A DNA stretch of 64,000 bases from Eledone cirrhosa (GCA_964016885.1 OZ024743.1:259222001-259286000); one strand, 5' to 3'; counted from the first letter of the stretch, positions 40,736-56,128 are shown. Notes: a model not told the origin generated them from the sequence alone. Program-made: numbers and translations.

Positions 40736-41017
40736 AACACACGATAATAGCACAATGAATGCAAACAGACGTTCATAGTAATTTATAGAACTAAGGACGT
40801 TAGTAATTTTAGCTAAGATAAAGGATTTGAATAAGTTTATTTTTGCTTCATAAAATCCACCATCGTCATTGATTCCTTAACTGCTCAAGGAGTTGTAGAG
40901 ACGCCGTTATAACATGCAGCGTTATTTGACCATTTAGGCTTGGTTGAGCCCATACCTTTCCAGGCTTGAACACAGCTGATGTCTTCTAGAGAGAGAGAGG
41001 GAGAGAGATAGAAAGAG

Positions 41018-41076
<59 letters not shown>

Positions 41077-41741
41077 AAGAGAGAAAAGTTGAGAGCCGGA
41101 ATACATACTGCCAGATCATTCTATCTGACGGCTCTAACGACTGTTAATTTGTAACAAAACACAACCTAACCTTTCTTCTATATTTCTAATTAATATCATA
41201 TCCTATGAACTAAATGTCGGAGTATGCCATATCGATAAAAAAATAATAGTGAAAGAAAGAGTAAAAGTAAAAAAAAAACGAAAGTTGTTTTAAAAGCCTA
41301 TTAGGTGTGAATAGTTTCAACATATTAAGGTGTCATCAGCCACGTGTGTTCCTTCCTTAACCTGAAGCTTTGACATTTGTCACGTGTTTACTAACCTGAT
41401 GGCATTTATCCCACCTCTGGAATGTAAAAATACAATTGTCGGTGGAGTATCAAACAGAGTGGATTGAGAAACATATATTTTGAGCGGCGTAACGCTTGTA
41501 GAACACACACACACACACACACACACCGTTACATACTCATCCAATTCCTTCACAACAAGCACAAAAAAAACACACACACTCACATACATACATAGACGCA
41601 CGTACACACACACACGATTGCATGAGCAAACACACACACACACAGCTACATAAGCACATAGAAACACAAATAAACATATAAAGCGTCTGGAGAGATTGTG
41701 AGCTGAGTTGCTGCGTAATCACATATCGACAAATTTTGATT

Positions 41742-41774
<33 letters not shown>

Positions 41775-41914
41775 GATATACATACAGGAGTGTTTATCTT
41801 AGTTGTTACGTAGTAACTTCCTGATGATAAGCAGATCCTCGCCACCAAAGCACTACACGTCAGTAGTTTATCCCAGGTAGGTGATAATGAGTGACGGAGT
41901 ATTCATTTATCAAA

Positions 41915-42095
41915 TAATTGTTTCTTCTTTTGGCAAAAGGCCAGCAATTATCTCAGTGTATTACTGGTACTTTATTTTATCGACCCCATAAGGATGAAAG
42001 GCAAAGTTAACCTCGGCGAATTTGAACTCAGACCGTAAAGGGGCGTAACTCTGTGCTTCAAAGCATGACGTCCGACCCTCTACCGATGCTGCCAA
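41915..42095 (-). mobile_element. SINE family A
   Basis: Full match. Confidence 0.85.
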
Positions 42096-42349
42096 TAATG
42101 GTATTTTTAGACGGGATTAAATCACCGCAATTGTTTATTGTATTATATATATTTCTGTTACATGCTTATACATGTGACGAATCACCAATGATTGCGATTT
42201 ACGCCTCGTGCAGCCGCTTAAAGCATCCCGTATCTCGGATGGTGTTACTAGCTTTTCGCAGCAATCCACATTCGCCGATAGTCGAAGCTAGAAGTATAGT
42301 CCACTGTTGTCTCCATCCCACCACTTGCTCTGAACATCTGTGCAAAGTG

Positions 42350-42575
42350 CCGCTGGAAAGTCACACACATTTGTTTGGAATTGAACAGCACGCTCTCATC
42401 TCGACCCGTCAACTGGCCCATCGAACAGCTTTCGTTCTTTCGTGTCTTTGAGTGAGTGCCTTAGCTCTGACAATGCAACCTTCGTGTTTCGCATTGAAGA
42501 AATGATCTAGTGCCATTCTCGTTGCTGCTACGTCGGTTGGAATTCCATTCCTAATCGCCTCTTCTAGCTTAGCTA
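42350..42575 (-). mobile_element. Fragment of Tx1-like ORF2
   Basis: Similar to 19440-19690 (gttt.gc.ttgaagaa.tg.tc.agtgcca.tctcg; cgcctcttctagctt). Confidence 0.75.
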
Positions 42576-42646
42576 CTATCCCCCTCTGGTTTCTTTTTCT
42601 ATAACTACATCACACACACACACACTCGCACACAGACACACACACA

Positions 42647-42701
<55 letters not shown>

Positions 42702-43394
42702 CATCTCTACATCTCTCTCTACATACCTTTTTCTCCTCCCATATCTCTCCACCTCTTTCTCCACACCCTTCTCTCCCCACATGTATATCTCTCTCCAAAT
42801 CCCTCTTTCCTCACGTATATCGCTTTCCACGTGTATCTTTCACTTAACTACATCAAATTACATCTGGTATATTTGCCAAAGCAATAGTCCCTAATTCAAT
42901 GTAGCTGACATATCATCAAATCTCAATGTATCAGTCTATCTATTCTGAATGACGTTGTCAATCCCTGCTAAAAACCATCTATACCACCACCACTATCAGT
43001 TAAAATAATTTGTTTCATTATTATTTTTCTTTATGTATTTCAGGAAGTAAAGTTGATGAAGTATTAGAACATAGGCATGGATCGTGTGTTTAAGTACAGT
43101 TTTGGAATTTCGTTGTGTTTCTAATTCGAGCCACTTAATTCCAGGAAACTTAGTTTATCTAGTTGTCGAGAAAATGGAAATGATTTTGCGATGACATGTG
43201 AACAGGCCAAATAAATCGTTGTTAGATGTATGTAAATGGAAAATGTAAAACATTTTGAAACAAGCTATTAGTTATTGTTGCTTCTGATGCCAGTAATCTG
43301 TTTTCTATCTTGTTGATGTAGCTCAGATTGGATATACCTTTCATTAAATGTTTCAGTAACTTTCATTTGCTTGGTTTCGTATCCAATAAAATAA

Positions 43395-43515
43395 ACAGTA
43401 CTCGACCTCGAAAGGTAAAGTTAACCTTGGTGGGATTTGAACTTATAGCGAAAAGTGTTAGAATAAATACCGCAAAACATATTACCTGACGTTCAAACGA
43501 TTCTGCCAATTCACC
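43395..43515 (-). mobile_element. Decayed family A SINE
   Basis: aaagttaaccttggtgggatttgaact ... ctgccaattcaccg. Confidence 0.65.
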
Positions 43516-45364
43516 GTTTGTGTTTTATTGGGCCATACATAAAACATGCTAACACTGAATTGCTTATTAATTTTCATGCAGATGAAATACCTGAACTACA
43601 AGATATCTAAACTTTCTAATAAATATTTGTAAATATTTCTATAGTCACACATTTATAATAGTTCAAATTTATGTAGTTACACTTTGATCATCATTTCGTT
43701 AAATGCTGTTCCATTGAAACATGTCCACATTTGTTTAGTTATTCCCGCTGACTAATATGGATTCCATTTTGCACTCACAGCAATTTTTACATCTAAGTGT
43801 TTTAAGGATCCATGAATTAAAACAACTTATTCATTAGCATAATTCTGTTTCGTTAAAGTGAAGGTACTAGATTAGGTGTTAGATAAAAAATAATTCTTCA
43901 CAAGTTGAAAAGTGAGAAAATGATGAAAATCTATATAAAGAATAACCGTTTCATTTATTTTACCTTTATTATTTAATAGATCTTATATAACATAGGAAAT
44001 ATCTTTAATAATTTCACACTTTAGGCAAACATGAAAATAATATTGAATATTTTGTAAATTCAACACTTCCTGTCGTTTCTAATTAGCAGCGAAGTAAAAC
44101 AATGATTGCAATCTATTTCAACAGAACCCTTCTTTAGCAAATGGAATTTCAAAATGGCCGCATAATGCACCAATGTTACTGTGCTTGTTTCTTTTAAGAA
44201 TATTTAATTTAATTTGGTTTCGTTGCCAACGCTTTCGGTGCAGAAAGATAGATTTTATTGTGCAAGAGTGAAAAACGAAGAAAGAAAAGGAATGCTAAAA
44301 ATTGACTTAAAACAGGAACGCATACATAAGTTTATTCTGTGAACAGCAGCAGAATTAGTCTGCATACATAGAAGCAAACAGATTTCTTACAATGGGAATC
44401 AGCCAAAAATTACTAAAATAAAAAATAAAACTTAAGTAATGAGGAAAGTGAAAAAGACGTGTATGTAAAATAACGATTTTCTAAATCTTAGGCATGTCGC
44501 CACAACATTTTGGAAAGAGAAAATAGAAAAATATCCATTCATGCCTTTAATGCGTACAATATTTTTAAAAAAATTAAAAAAGAAAACGGAAATAGAAAAT
44601 GTAATGGATCTCTTACATAGATCTAAAACTACAGATTGGGAAATATATTGCTTTTTCTCTATATCTTTATCAGATAAATTCAAAAGGTGGACGATCACAT
44701 TGCTACAGTACTGGATAGCAAAGAAGCTGGTGTTTCATACCTTACAATTGTTGCACCTCTAGTTTAGACAGCTTTCATTGATTTCATCTATCATCATGTG
44801 TTCAGCCCCTGACTATCTTCCTTTTTTTAATTTTGGAGGCGGTGATCAACCAGAACCAAATATTGAATATGTCAATTTTATTTTAATACGATAGTGTTTG
44901 GTTTACGGAAGATGGTCTGCTATTTGTAGCCAATTGAGCGACTGTATATAGACCACCTCATTTGTACTTTCGTTAATGTGCCTGTGTCGGTGGCCAAACC
45001 ACATGACTGACAATCATTCACTCCACCTAGCTATAAGTTTCTGTCATAAGAAAATCCTAGTACTATAAAACTGTCATAGTTTAGCGATAGATATGATGCT
45101 TAAACGCTAACTTGTACTTGACACACTGTCGAAAGATAAAGTCAGCAGTGTAGAGCGGCTTGTAACAATTAAATATTTGTAAAACTCCAAACCAAGAACT
45201 TTGCCAACGTTTTGAATAGAAAACTATAATAAAAATGTGACATAAAACAAATGATTTGGCATCTAAACCTAGTGGAGCCCATCTCTTTCCGGATAGAAAC
45301 ACATTAAATTTCTCTTCCAAAGAAATATATAAAGAAGTGGGAAATATATTTATAGTGGGAAAAT

Positions 45365-45520
45365 AGACCCTGTTTTGAACTGGTACTGTATTTATCGAGC
45401 TCAAAAACATGAAAGGCAAAGTTGACCTCGGTGAGATTTGAAATCAGAGTCTAAAGATTTGGAACAAATGCTGCAAAACATTCTATTTGACGGTCTAACG
45501 ATACTGCTGCTTCACTGCCT
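45365..45520 (-). mobile_element. Decayed family A SINE
   Basis: atgaaaggcaaagttgacctcggtgagatttgaa. Confidence 0.7.
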
Positions 45521-46129
45521 AAGATGTTGTTTACACTCGTTTAACGAAATGACACACATTTTAGGGTTCTTCCCTAAAATGTGTGTCTAATTGCTGGAAA
45601 AATCAGCCAAATCTCCTTCAAATCATGCAACCTTACTGTCTTCAACAAGGGACACACCAAATGATATTGTCTTTTATCAGTCCTACACATCGTGGTCAGG
45701 TGGAGAAACAGGTCCATACCCATGTTTTCGTAGTCCAAGGCGTATTTCGTAAGTTCAAGGAAAACACTAATTATTTTACATCAGACAATCTAAAATCTAA
45801 ACCAATTAACAGTAAATTTACATGTACTTTATACAATACACGATGAATTACTTAACTCAAAATATTTATATCTTATTGTGTCGCATTATACAATTATATG
45901 TATGAACCACAAAGTGTTTCTATTGAGATCCACCTCCCTAGAAAGGTTATAAAGGACGTGTTTGTCATAATTGGAAGTCTTTTGATCAGGGCCTACATGA
46001 AACACAATAACAACAATGAGGTACTAACATTTTAAGACATCTGTGTTGGAATTACTTTGTTGTATCAAGTATTAAACATTAATACTCTGAATTGAAATCT
46101 CATTAGATAAAGCTTTGCATTTTTTATTA

Positions 46130-46275
46130 AGTGGGAGCGAAGTGTCAGAATCTTTAGAACATCGAAATCTTTAGAATCTAGGAATTTGCTCCGATTTTCT
46201 ACTCTGCGAGTTCAAATCCCGCTCAGATCGACTTCGCATTTATTCCTTTCGATGTCGATAAATAAAATACCAGAC
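46130..46275 (+). mobile_element. Decayed family A SINE
   Basis: gagttcaaatcccgc...gtcgataaataaaataccag. Confidence 0.6.
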
Positions 46276-46881
46276 CAGGATTGGTTGATTGGCAGAACTA
46301 TTAAAGAGTTTATCGGGTCATTTTGGCGAATCCGATCTGACTATGAGCCCTCTGGGTTCAAATCCCTTCTTTTCCTGCAAACAGTTGTGATCGGCAGATA
46401 GAATCAGCAACGGAAAGACAAATTGAAAAGCATAATTTTCTTGGTTCGATCTGGCAATCAGCCGCTTACCTTTCTTATTTAAAAAAGAATCATCCTTGTC
46501 GACACTTGGGAAATACGTAAGCATTACAACATCTAATTCAAGATGAACAATGTGAAGCCTTATGTCATCGTATGAAATATAGTTGATATTAACATTTACA
46601 GGCTTATCTCACAGAGTTAACATGTTTCTAGGATATTATGTTGCATCTTTAGATATTTGCACTATTACAAGTGTCTATATCAAGTGTTTGAATAAGATTC
46701 TTTTGCAAGTGCACAGAATATTGAACTAGCAAAGTAAATATGGGCATTGCTATCGGAGGTAGAACAACCACCTTGAGAGGAAATTCAAGCCATCGTTTTT
46801 TATTTTCTTTCTTTCTCCTCCTCATTATACACACACTCAGAAACACACACGCTCACCCAAATGCCCTCTTCCTCCACACAT

Positions 46882-46967
<86 letters not shown>

Positions 46968-47269
46968 TTATATATTAAAAGTGACACTTCTGATTATCTC
47001 CCTTTCACCAGTCAAGTTCGTACTATATGTAAATGAACGTCTCCAGCAAATGTTTCATACGCAAAACCATATAGGCTTTAGCGTATTTTTATCTCAGTAG
47101 CAAGTGTATCAATGCCACTGACGGCGGTTAAAAATCCAGAAATGGCTATCTGGAACTCCCATCGCCACTGATCACGGCGTATGATTTTATGGTGAGACTT
47201 TCATATGCTTTTCATAAATTAACATATTGTATTTGCTATCATATATACCTCTAACTTATATATATATAT

Positions 47270-47440
47270 ATACATATACTGTCCTGTCGTGTCATACACC
47301 GTGTCTCGCTGAATCTCCTTGAGAAACATGTTATGGGTACACGTGTCTGGAATGTTCAACGATTTACAGGTTAATTTCACGAGAAGGCAGTTCTGTTCTT
47401 CAAACAATTGGAACACTCGTCGACGAAACCGACACAGGTC
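47270..47440 (+). mobile_element. 3' part of a family B SINE followed by (CA)n
   Basis: Similar to 40590-40735 and 48830-48980. Confidence 0.55.
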
Positions 47441-47525
47441 CAATCCACACACACACACACTTACACACTTACACACACACACAGACACACACAAACACAC
47501 ACAGATACACACGCACACACACGCC

Positions 47526-47607
<82 letters not shown>

Positions 47608-48649
47608 CAAAGATTGAAAGAGAGAGAGAGAGAGATGTAAAAGTAAATGTGATATGAAGTTGTAGAAACTAATGGTAAATATTAGAGTTGAGATTAATAT
47701 AGATGGGAGAAATAGAAGGCATGGACTACATAGAATAGACGTGCGGGAAGTGAGAGAAAGAGGAGAGACGATGGAGGAAGAGAGGGGGGAGGGAGAGAAG
47801 GAGAGTGGAAAGACAAAGAGAGGGTGCAGGGAGATAGGGGGGAGATGGAGAGAGAGAGATAGAGAGAGAGAGATAGAGAGAGAGAAAGAGAGAGGAGGAG
47901 AAACATAGAGAGAGAGAGGGGGGGAAGGAGCGAATAGGGAGACAGATAGAGATAGGTAGAGATAGGTATTTAGAAGGAGAGGTAGGGAGAGTCAACGATG
48001 CGGCAGCCTGATAGAGAAAAGAGGAAAAAAAGGCTAATATAAAGAGGGTTAGGGATCGAAAGAAAGACTAGGCTGGAGTAAAAGTAGAAGAAAGATCTGT
48101 ATAAACAATCCACTTAGATTGTGTCAATACTTTCAGCAAGTTTTATTTAAACAGATATCTCAATTACATAATGTGTAAGTGTGCGCATGTCTTTCATGGT
48201 TTGTGCGTGTGTGAGGAAGAATAGATAGCTTTAACTATCATTTATATATAGGAAATACATGGCTTTTACTTTAGTTTAGTAATTAAGTCTGTTATGTTTA
48301 ATGTCGAATACTTCCATCCAGTCATACTGGCCTAGCATGGTCTAACCCAGATTTTAAAATGAGGAATCTATAGAAATATCGGTCACTCTTCGGCGTTCTT
48401 GGCCCCCAGACCACATACTTACTCACTACTACCTGGGTGGAGTTAGCTACTCTCAGGTGTGAGCCCCGCGAATTAGAATAACTATTCTAACGTGTGTCGC
48501 TCACCATCTTCCAGGGCAACGTTTTCTTCATTCTGTCTACTAGTAGCATGAGGCAACATGCTCATGGAATCCCCCACACTGGGATAACGATCCCGAGTCG
48601 GTCAATTGTAAAACTATTTTCGCCCTAACACCACACCCATCTGTATTTT

Positions 48650-48980
48650 CAGGTTAAGAGGTTTGCTTCGCAATCATAAGATTCCAGGTTCTTGTTCACT
48701 CCATGACATGGCATCTTGTGCTAATCTCGTTTACCATAGCTTCGGGCCGAACAATATCTTGTTAGTGGAATTGAGTAGACGGAAACTGTTTGGAAGTCCA
48801 TCGTTTGTACCTGTAATTCAAAGGGGCAGCCGTTGTCATACACTGTCACGCCGAATTTCTCCCTGTGTTGCAGGTTCAGGTGTCTATGGAATGCTCAGCT
48901 ATATGCACGGTAATTTTATGAGCATGCTGTTTCGTTGATCGAACATTTGAAACACTCGTCCTCGAAACCTACAGAAGTCC
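48650..48980 (+). mobile_element. SINE family B (decayed)
   Basis: ggttaagag..gcttcgcaatcataag head and the shared family B tail. Confidence 0.55.
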
Positions 48981-49649
48981 TTCCAGTGGTGCAGCACACG
49001 ATAGATTCTGCCACTGCGATCACTTTACCTGCTATAAATAGCAACATATTTTCCCTCAAATTAACTTTCTAACATCTCTAAAAATATGTCTTTGGCATTG
49101 GATAATGAAGTCTGTGTTTGTGTGTCTACGCTTGGATCCCGTAATCTAACAGTTCGAGAAACCGAAATCGATGAAGCATTTAAGAAATAAATACTGTGGT
49201 CGAAATGATCGACTATATTGTTCGAAGCTGGTGCCTCAGCATGGGCGCAATCTAATTACTGAAAACAAAACGAAAATAAAAATCACTTCAAAAAAGGAGG
49301 ATAAAATAAAAGTATAAACTAAATTGATTTCGCTATATTTCACTCTTATATTTACGAATGTTATTCTGTAGTTTAGATTTCTTGTATATGGAGGTCAATG
49401 AGCAGACTTTCATGCCCCATTTCTAATCGTTTCACTTCAGTTACGCTAGTAATTGCTTTAAGAAAACAATGAAATATCACCATTTCCATGATCTTTCTCT
49501 TCGAGAAGCTTCGAAGAATTTACTGTCTTATTAGAAAAAAAAAAAAGAAGTAAAATATACATAAAAACTCATTTCGTATTGAAACGTAAACTTTTTGTTA
49601 ATTTAAAACTTAGACAGCTATTTATCATTTATCAACTATATATCACAGT

Positions 49650-49790
49650 ACGTGGCGTAAAGGTTGGTAGTCAGTAGGACCATCGTATACAATATTCTGC
49701 ATTATTCATTTCGGATCTCTGCACTTTGAGTTAAAATTCAGTCGAGGCCAACCTTGTTTTTCATACATTCGAGTCAATAAATACAGCACC
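49650..49790 (+). mobile_element. Decayed family A SINE
   Basis: gagttaaattcagtcgaggccaaccttg..ttcat core. Confidence 0.5.
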
Positions 49791-50014
49791 AATTTAATGG
49801 TAGAGTCGATTCTCCCTCTACATTTATTTCCCACTTCTCTCTCACGCTCTATTGTATCTGTATTGTTATATATGTATGTTATGTGTATGTCTACGTGTGC
49901 ATTTGAATGTACATATTTATCTATGTGTGTATGTATGTATATGTATGTATGTGTATATATATATATATATACATATGTGTGTGTGTGTGTCTTTCTCTGT
50001 CGTCCTCTCTCTCG

Positions 50015-50055
<41 letters not shown>

Positions 50056-50584
50056 CAGATATTCACACACCTACATAAATATAAATATTCAAAATGCACA
50101 CATGGACATACACATAACATACAGATATTTACACATAGATACACGTATATCTACGTATTAATGGTGGTACGAATAGTATTATTTATTAATTTAGAACTAG
50201 TACCTGTATATCTTCGAGAGTGTTTCGGTTGTTGCCTCTGTAGCGGTGCAGTGTTATTAAAAGCCAGAGTTGCGTTAGACATTCTATGAGACTTTATATA
50301 TGGTAGTATTCGTATCATCCGAGTTGTGGTGAGACAGAAGGTGAAAGTTGTCAGTGCTATTCATATTCTTCTCTAAGCTATTATAAGGAATTCTATTGTA
50401 AGTAACGTCCTTGGTGTGAAGGGGCCTTATTAAAGTTGGAATTGGTAACTGGAATATCCGTATTGCTAGTCCCTGGTATATATCAGATTTTCTCTTTGTA
50501 TTCACTTCTATTACGGGATACGTTGTAGTACCAAGTGTTTTCTCTGAAAATCTCATTAACCGATAATTTGGAAATCCTAAATGA

Positions 50585-50716
50585 AATTTCGTAACACTTT
50601 TCCTGAATTTGACGTGCTGTAAATATCATAACAATCCTATTTCTTTTGGGCCGAAAGCCACATTGTGATTTTGTTAAGATCAGGTTTGATTTAATAATAT
50701 TTAGTCTTGAAAGCAC
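50585..50716 (-). pseudogene. RTE-clade LINE reverse transcriptase fragment
   Basis: ILTKSQCGFRPKRNRIVMIFTARQIQEKCYE. Confidence 0.85.
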
Positions 50717-50976
50717 GAGGGATGCTTTATATGTATGTATGTATGTTTTTCTGGTTTTATAATTTCATAAATGTTTGCCAATAGAGAGAATCGGTTTCTA
50801 ACATAGTTACAAGACTCTCTCATTGGAATTTTCACATCAACTAGGTAGATATGTCTGCATGTCTGCATGCATGCATGTGTAGGTATGGATGTTATTGTAT
50901 ACGTGGATGTGGATGTTTTGAGTTATATGTGTGCATGTGTATATGCTTTGTATCTGTATATGTGTATATGCAGTTA

Positions 50977-51620
50977 TTAGATGCAAAATTGTTGGAATGT
51001 TTTACATATTTTTACTGTTCCATTAATGGATTGCACTAGAAATTTCCTAACTAGTTGTGTTCTTTCTGTTCCTGTGAAGCCCAGCTTCTCAGGATTTATA
51101 TTGAGGCAGTTACTAACATATGCCAGTGCCCCAATAATCACAGGCATAAATCTGAAGGCATAATCAGGGTCGAGTATCTGCAGATTTCTCATCAGTTCTG
51201 CATAACTATTCTCCTTTTCGTTAATCTTTGATATTATATTGGCATCTGCTTGCACTACTGTGCTTGCCTACTTTTTCCTGTCCCATATCATTATGTCTGG
51301 TCTGTTATGCCTGCATTTTATTGGTGTTTTTACTGGAATTTTCCACCAGTACTCTTTCATATTATGTATATGTATGTCTTCCACATTGCTGTAGCTTTTA
51401 ATGTGTTTATTATCGGGGTTATCTTTTCTACGGATTACATTGTACAGTGTTTTGGCCACTACATCAGGCCTCATAGGTAGATAGTACCGCGATGACATCT
51501 TTGGACAGCTGCTTATGACATGGGTGACATCTTCGATGTTAATTCTGCAGAGTCTGCACTTGTTATCACATCTAGGTGTTTTGCCTGCATCCCTATCGCG
51601 TTTGTGAATCAGGTATTTCG
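50977..51620 (-). pseudogene. C-terminus of an RLE-type non-LTR element (R4/Dong- or NeSL-like): CCHC knuckle + restriction-like endonuclease
   Basis: CRLCRINIEDVTHVISSCPKM, R.D.VAK, HNRPDIMIWD, EK..SY, PVIIGAL, with a frameshift near 51260. Confidence 0.85.
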
Positions 51621-51652
51621 TGTCTATGTATGTATGTGTGTGTATATCTATA

Positions 51653-51725
<73 letters not shown>

Positions 51726-51896
51726 TTAATTATACTATTTATGGTTATGTAAATACAGAAACCTTATGCAGTTATATGTATTTTTTATACAAACCCTAAA
51801 TAGTGGTAGGCAGTAATGTATTACTACCTTATTACCAGTAAGTTAAGTAGCTCGATGTAAAAACATCAGATGATTTACAGAACAGTTATATGAAAT

Positions 51897-52149
51897 ATAA
51901 GAATCAAAGAACTGTTCAAAACATTATTGTGCTTACAGCTGTTTCCTCCAAACCTCGAAGTGTGTACTGCCACTCTAAATTCTGTAATGAATGTTGACCC
52001 ACAATATTTGCATATGTATCGGTATGTCTCTTGGCTGAAAAGGAGGTCATATAACTGTCCATTCATTAATAAATTGCTCCGAAGAATCCAAACCGCGGTT
52101 TGGAGGAAACAGCTGTAAGCACAATAATGTTTTGAACAGTTCTTTGATT

Positions 52150-52153
<4 letters not shown>
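51897..52153. repeat. Fold-back element with ~58-bp inverted termini, right end in (TA)n
   Basis: ataagaatcaaagaactgttcaaaacattattgtgcttacagctgtttcctccaaacc and its exact reverse complement at ~52097-52153, with an internal ATTTGCAT. Confidence 0.8.
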
Positions 52154-52199
<46 letters not shown>

Positions 52200-52248
52200 C
52201 ATATATATGTATGTATATGTGTATGTATGCACATGCATACATACATAC

Positions 52249-52535
52249 ATGCTTTCAAGACTAAATATTAATATATCAAACCGGATCTTACAGAATCACA
52301 ATATGGTTTTCGGCCCCCAAAAATACGATTGTTATGATATTTACAGCACGTCAAATTCAGGAAGAGTGTTATGAACAACAACAACAGAACATGTATTAGG
52401 TATGTCTGGATTTAACTGGAAGATTCATGTCGAGTTAGGGAGACTGGGGTAAATATTGGTGGTATCATTTCAGAGCCGATCAAAGTAAAAAGTCGTGTTA
52501 AGCAGGGTTATCACATGGTTCCCACTCTGATTTCA
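52249..52535 (+). pseudogene. RTE-clade LINE reverse transcriptase fragment
   Basis: ESQYGFRP, IFTARQIQEECYEQ and SEPIKVKSRVKQG..VPTL across frameshifts. Confidence 0.8.
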
Positions 52536-53036
52536 GTCATTAGACAACGGCCATGCTGTAGTAACCCCTAGATTTAGTCCAATATGTCGACACAAGTTCT
52601 TATGTTTTCAAATTTGGTACTTTTTTTTATCGATCCCGTTTTTTGTCGAATCGCAGAGCATAAAAAGAAAAATGTACACTATCTTTTCCAAGTTTGGATT
52701 CCTCACAATTCCTCTCCTAGTTAAAATATTTCTCCTGGGAGAGAAACACTGATCTACATTGAAGAAATATTTATCATGACATTTATTATGGAATGGTAAA
52801 ATTACAGACTATAAAAACATATAAATACGGATTAAATTTGAATGATCATTATTTATTAATCACTCTCGCAAAGCTTCTTATTGGCTGTAATTAGGTTTCT
52901 CAGATGAGTTTCGTTATTATTCTGTATTAAAGAAGAAAAAAAAAAAGCCACTGCAATTCAACTGTATTCTCGATCTTAGCCAACCAGACATTTTGTAAAT
53001 TATATAACATAGATACCACGTACTTTACTGTGAAAA

Positions 53037-53350
53037 CAAGCGGCGAATTGACAGATTTGTTAGAACCTCAGATAGAAAGCTTTGCCTGTATTTATTCCGG
53101 CTCTCTACCCACAAAGTTCAAATCCGTTTTGCCTTTCTCGAGACCGAGAAAAAGTACCAATATAGTACTGGGGTTGATTCTTCCTCTTTATCGCTTTCTC
53201 ATTTTGTGTCTAACATTCTCTCGCCTTCTCTGGACGAAATCGGCTGTGTTCACACCTGGAAACATGGGCATCATCAGGTTTACAACGCGTTAAGAAACAC
53301 CGTATGTCACTACGGTACCCTTACCGCTCCACCAGGAGTTACGTTTCCAT
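53037..53350 (+). mobile_element. Decayed family A SINE with the alternative 3' tail
   Basis: gttcaaatcc..tttgcctttc..aaaagtacc followed by the shared tail. Confidence 0.65.
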
Positions 53351-53445
53351 TATGATGAAGACGTAGTTCCTGCACAAGACCTGTCTCTTTTAACGGACAC
53401 AAAGTGTTGATTCTGTGATGAGCATGTTGAGACTAGCGTCATAAT

Positions 53446-54577
<1,132 letters not shown>

Positions 54578-54791
54578 TTAAACCCCCACGTATCCACCCC
54601 CACACACACTCGAACCCACCCATCCACACACACACTCACATACATACATACTCACGCGCAGAAGTACATATTCACACACACACACACACATATATGTGTG
54701 TATGTGCGTTTGTGCATGCGATTGTGTAGAATAGTTTTAATAAGCAAGAACGAAGCATATATAACATAAATAACATATATAATATACAGCG

Positions 54792-55376
54792 GTATTAAAT
54801 ATAATTGTTTCTACTTTAGGCACAAGGCCAGCAATTACCCAGTGCATTACTGGTACTTTATTTTATCGACCCGGTAAGGATGAAAAGCAAAGTTAACCTT
54901 GGCGGAATTTGAACTCAGACCGTCAAGGGACATAACTATGCTAGAAAGCATGGCGTCCAACCCTCTACAGATACTGCCAATTCACCGTATTAAATATAAT
55001 TGTTTCTACTTTAGGCACAAGGCCAGCAATTACCCAGTGCATTACTGGTACTTTATTTTATCGACCCGGTAAGGATGAAAAGCAAAGTTAACCTTGGCGG
55101 AATTTGAACTCAGACCGTCAAGGGACATAACTATGCTAGAAAGCATGGCGTCCAACCCTCTACAGATACTGCCAATTCACCGTATTAAATATAATTGTTT
55201 CTACTTTAGGCACAAGGCCAGCAATTACCCAGTGCATTACTGGTACTTTATTTTATCGACTCCGTAAGAATGAAAGGCAAAGTCAACCTCGGCGGGATTT
55301 GAACTCAGATCGTAAAGAGACGTAACTATGCTGGAAAGCATGGCGTCCGACCCTCTACCGATACTGCCAATCCACC
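54792..55376 (-). mobile_element. Three tandem family A SINEs, 195-bp period
   Basis: Units start at 54792, 54987 and 55182. The first two look identical and the third diverges after ~55260. Confidence 0.92.
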
Positions 55377-55419
55377 AATGTGTTGTATATATAAAAAAAA
55401 TGTTTCCCGTCTCTTCCTC

Positions 55420-55590
55420 TTCTTAATTTTCTCTACATTTCTATATTTTTTTACTTCTCATTCTATCTCTTGTTGAAGGATTAGTGTCCGAAACGTTAAT
55501 ACATTTTTTTATATTATGTCGAGCGTTAAACTAATATATATATATATATTCTTGTTCTGTATTACTTGCTATGTTATTTGGTGTTTGCTC
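55420..55590 (+). mobile_element. Penelope pLTR-like fragment with decayed hammerhead (55470-55498)
   Basis: ttgttga-a-gga-ttagtg-tcc-gaaa-cg-tt: stem II, GAAA and palindromic stem III are retained but the core is mutated. Confidence 0.5.
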
Positions 55591-55622
55591 TTTGTGCGCG
55601 CGCACGCGCACACACACACACA

Positions 55623-55679
<57 letters not shown>

Positions 55680-55939
55680 ACGCACCCACACACCTACACA
55701 CCTACACCCCCCCCACACACACATATATATATGGGTGCCTGTGCGTGTGTATATACATAAATATGTATATATGTGTATAAATACAACCTGTCAATTGAAA
55801 GCATCAAGAAATATTTATGAAATTAGAGTTTAAAAAGAAAAATTATAATTGACGTTATTAAATTTGACAGAAGATGCATCGCAATCTACTGTCTCTTTTC
55901 GTCTCTCTCTCTTTACACCCAAATACACCCTCACACATA

Positions 55940-55992
<53 letters not shown>

Positions 55993-55993
<1 letters not shown>

Positions 55994-56091
55994 TAGGGGT
56001 CTTACTGGTTCCTATTACCCACTCTACTACCTCAAGTATTGAGTACTTTGGTGCGTTATGGTCCACCTGGTTCCTTACCACATTTCCTCCG

Positions 56092-56128
<37 letters not shown>

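Noticed and set aside
41300-41346. Minus-strand CTGATGA...GAAA
   Set aside because: Stems I and II do not pair convincingly, so it is likely chance.
52031-52091. ttgg-CTGAAAA-ggag...ctcc-GAAG..ccaa hammerhead-like pattern
   Set aside because: C3/A8 mismatch, GAAG instead of GAAA and no stem III. Too degenerate to call, though the context is suggestive.
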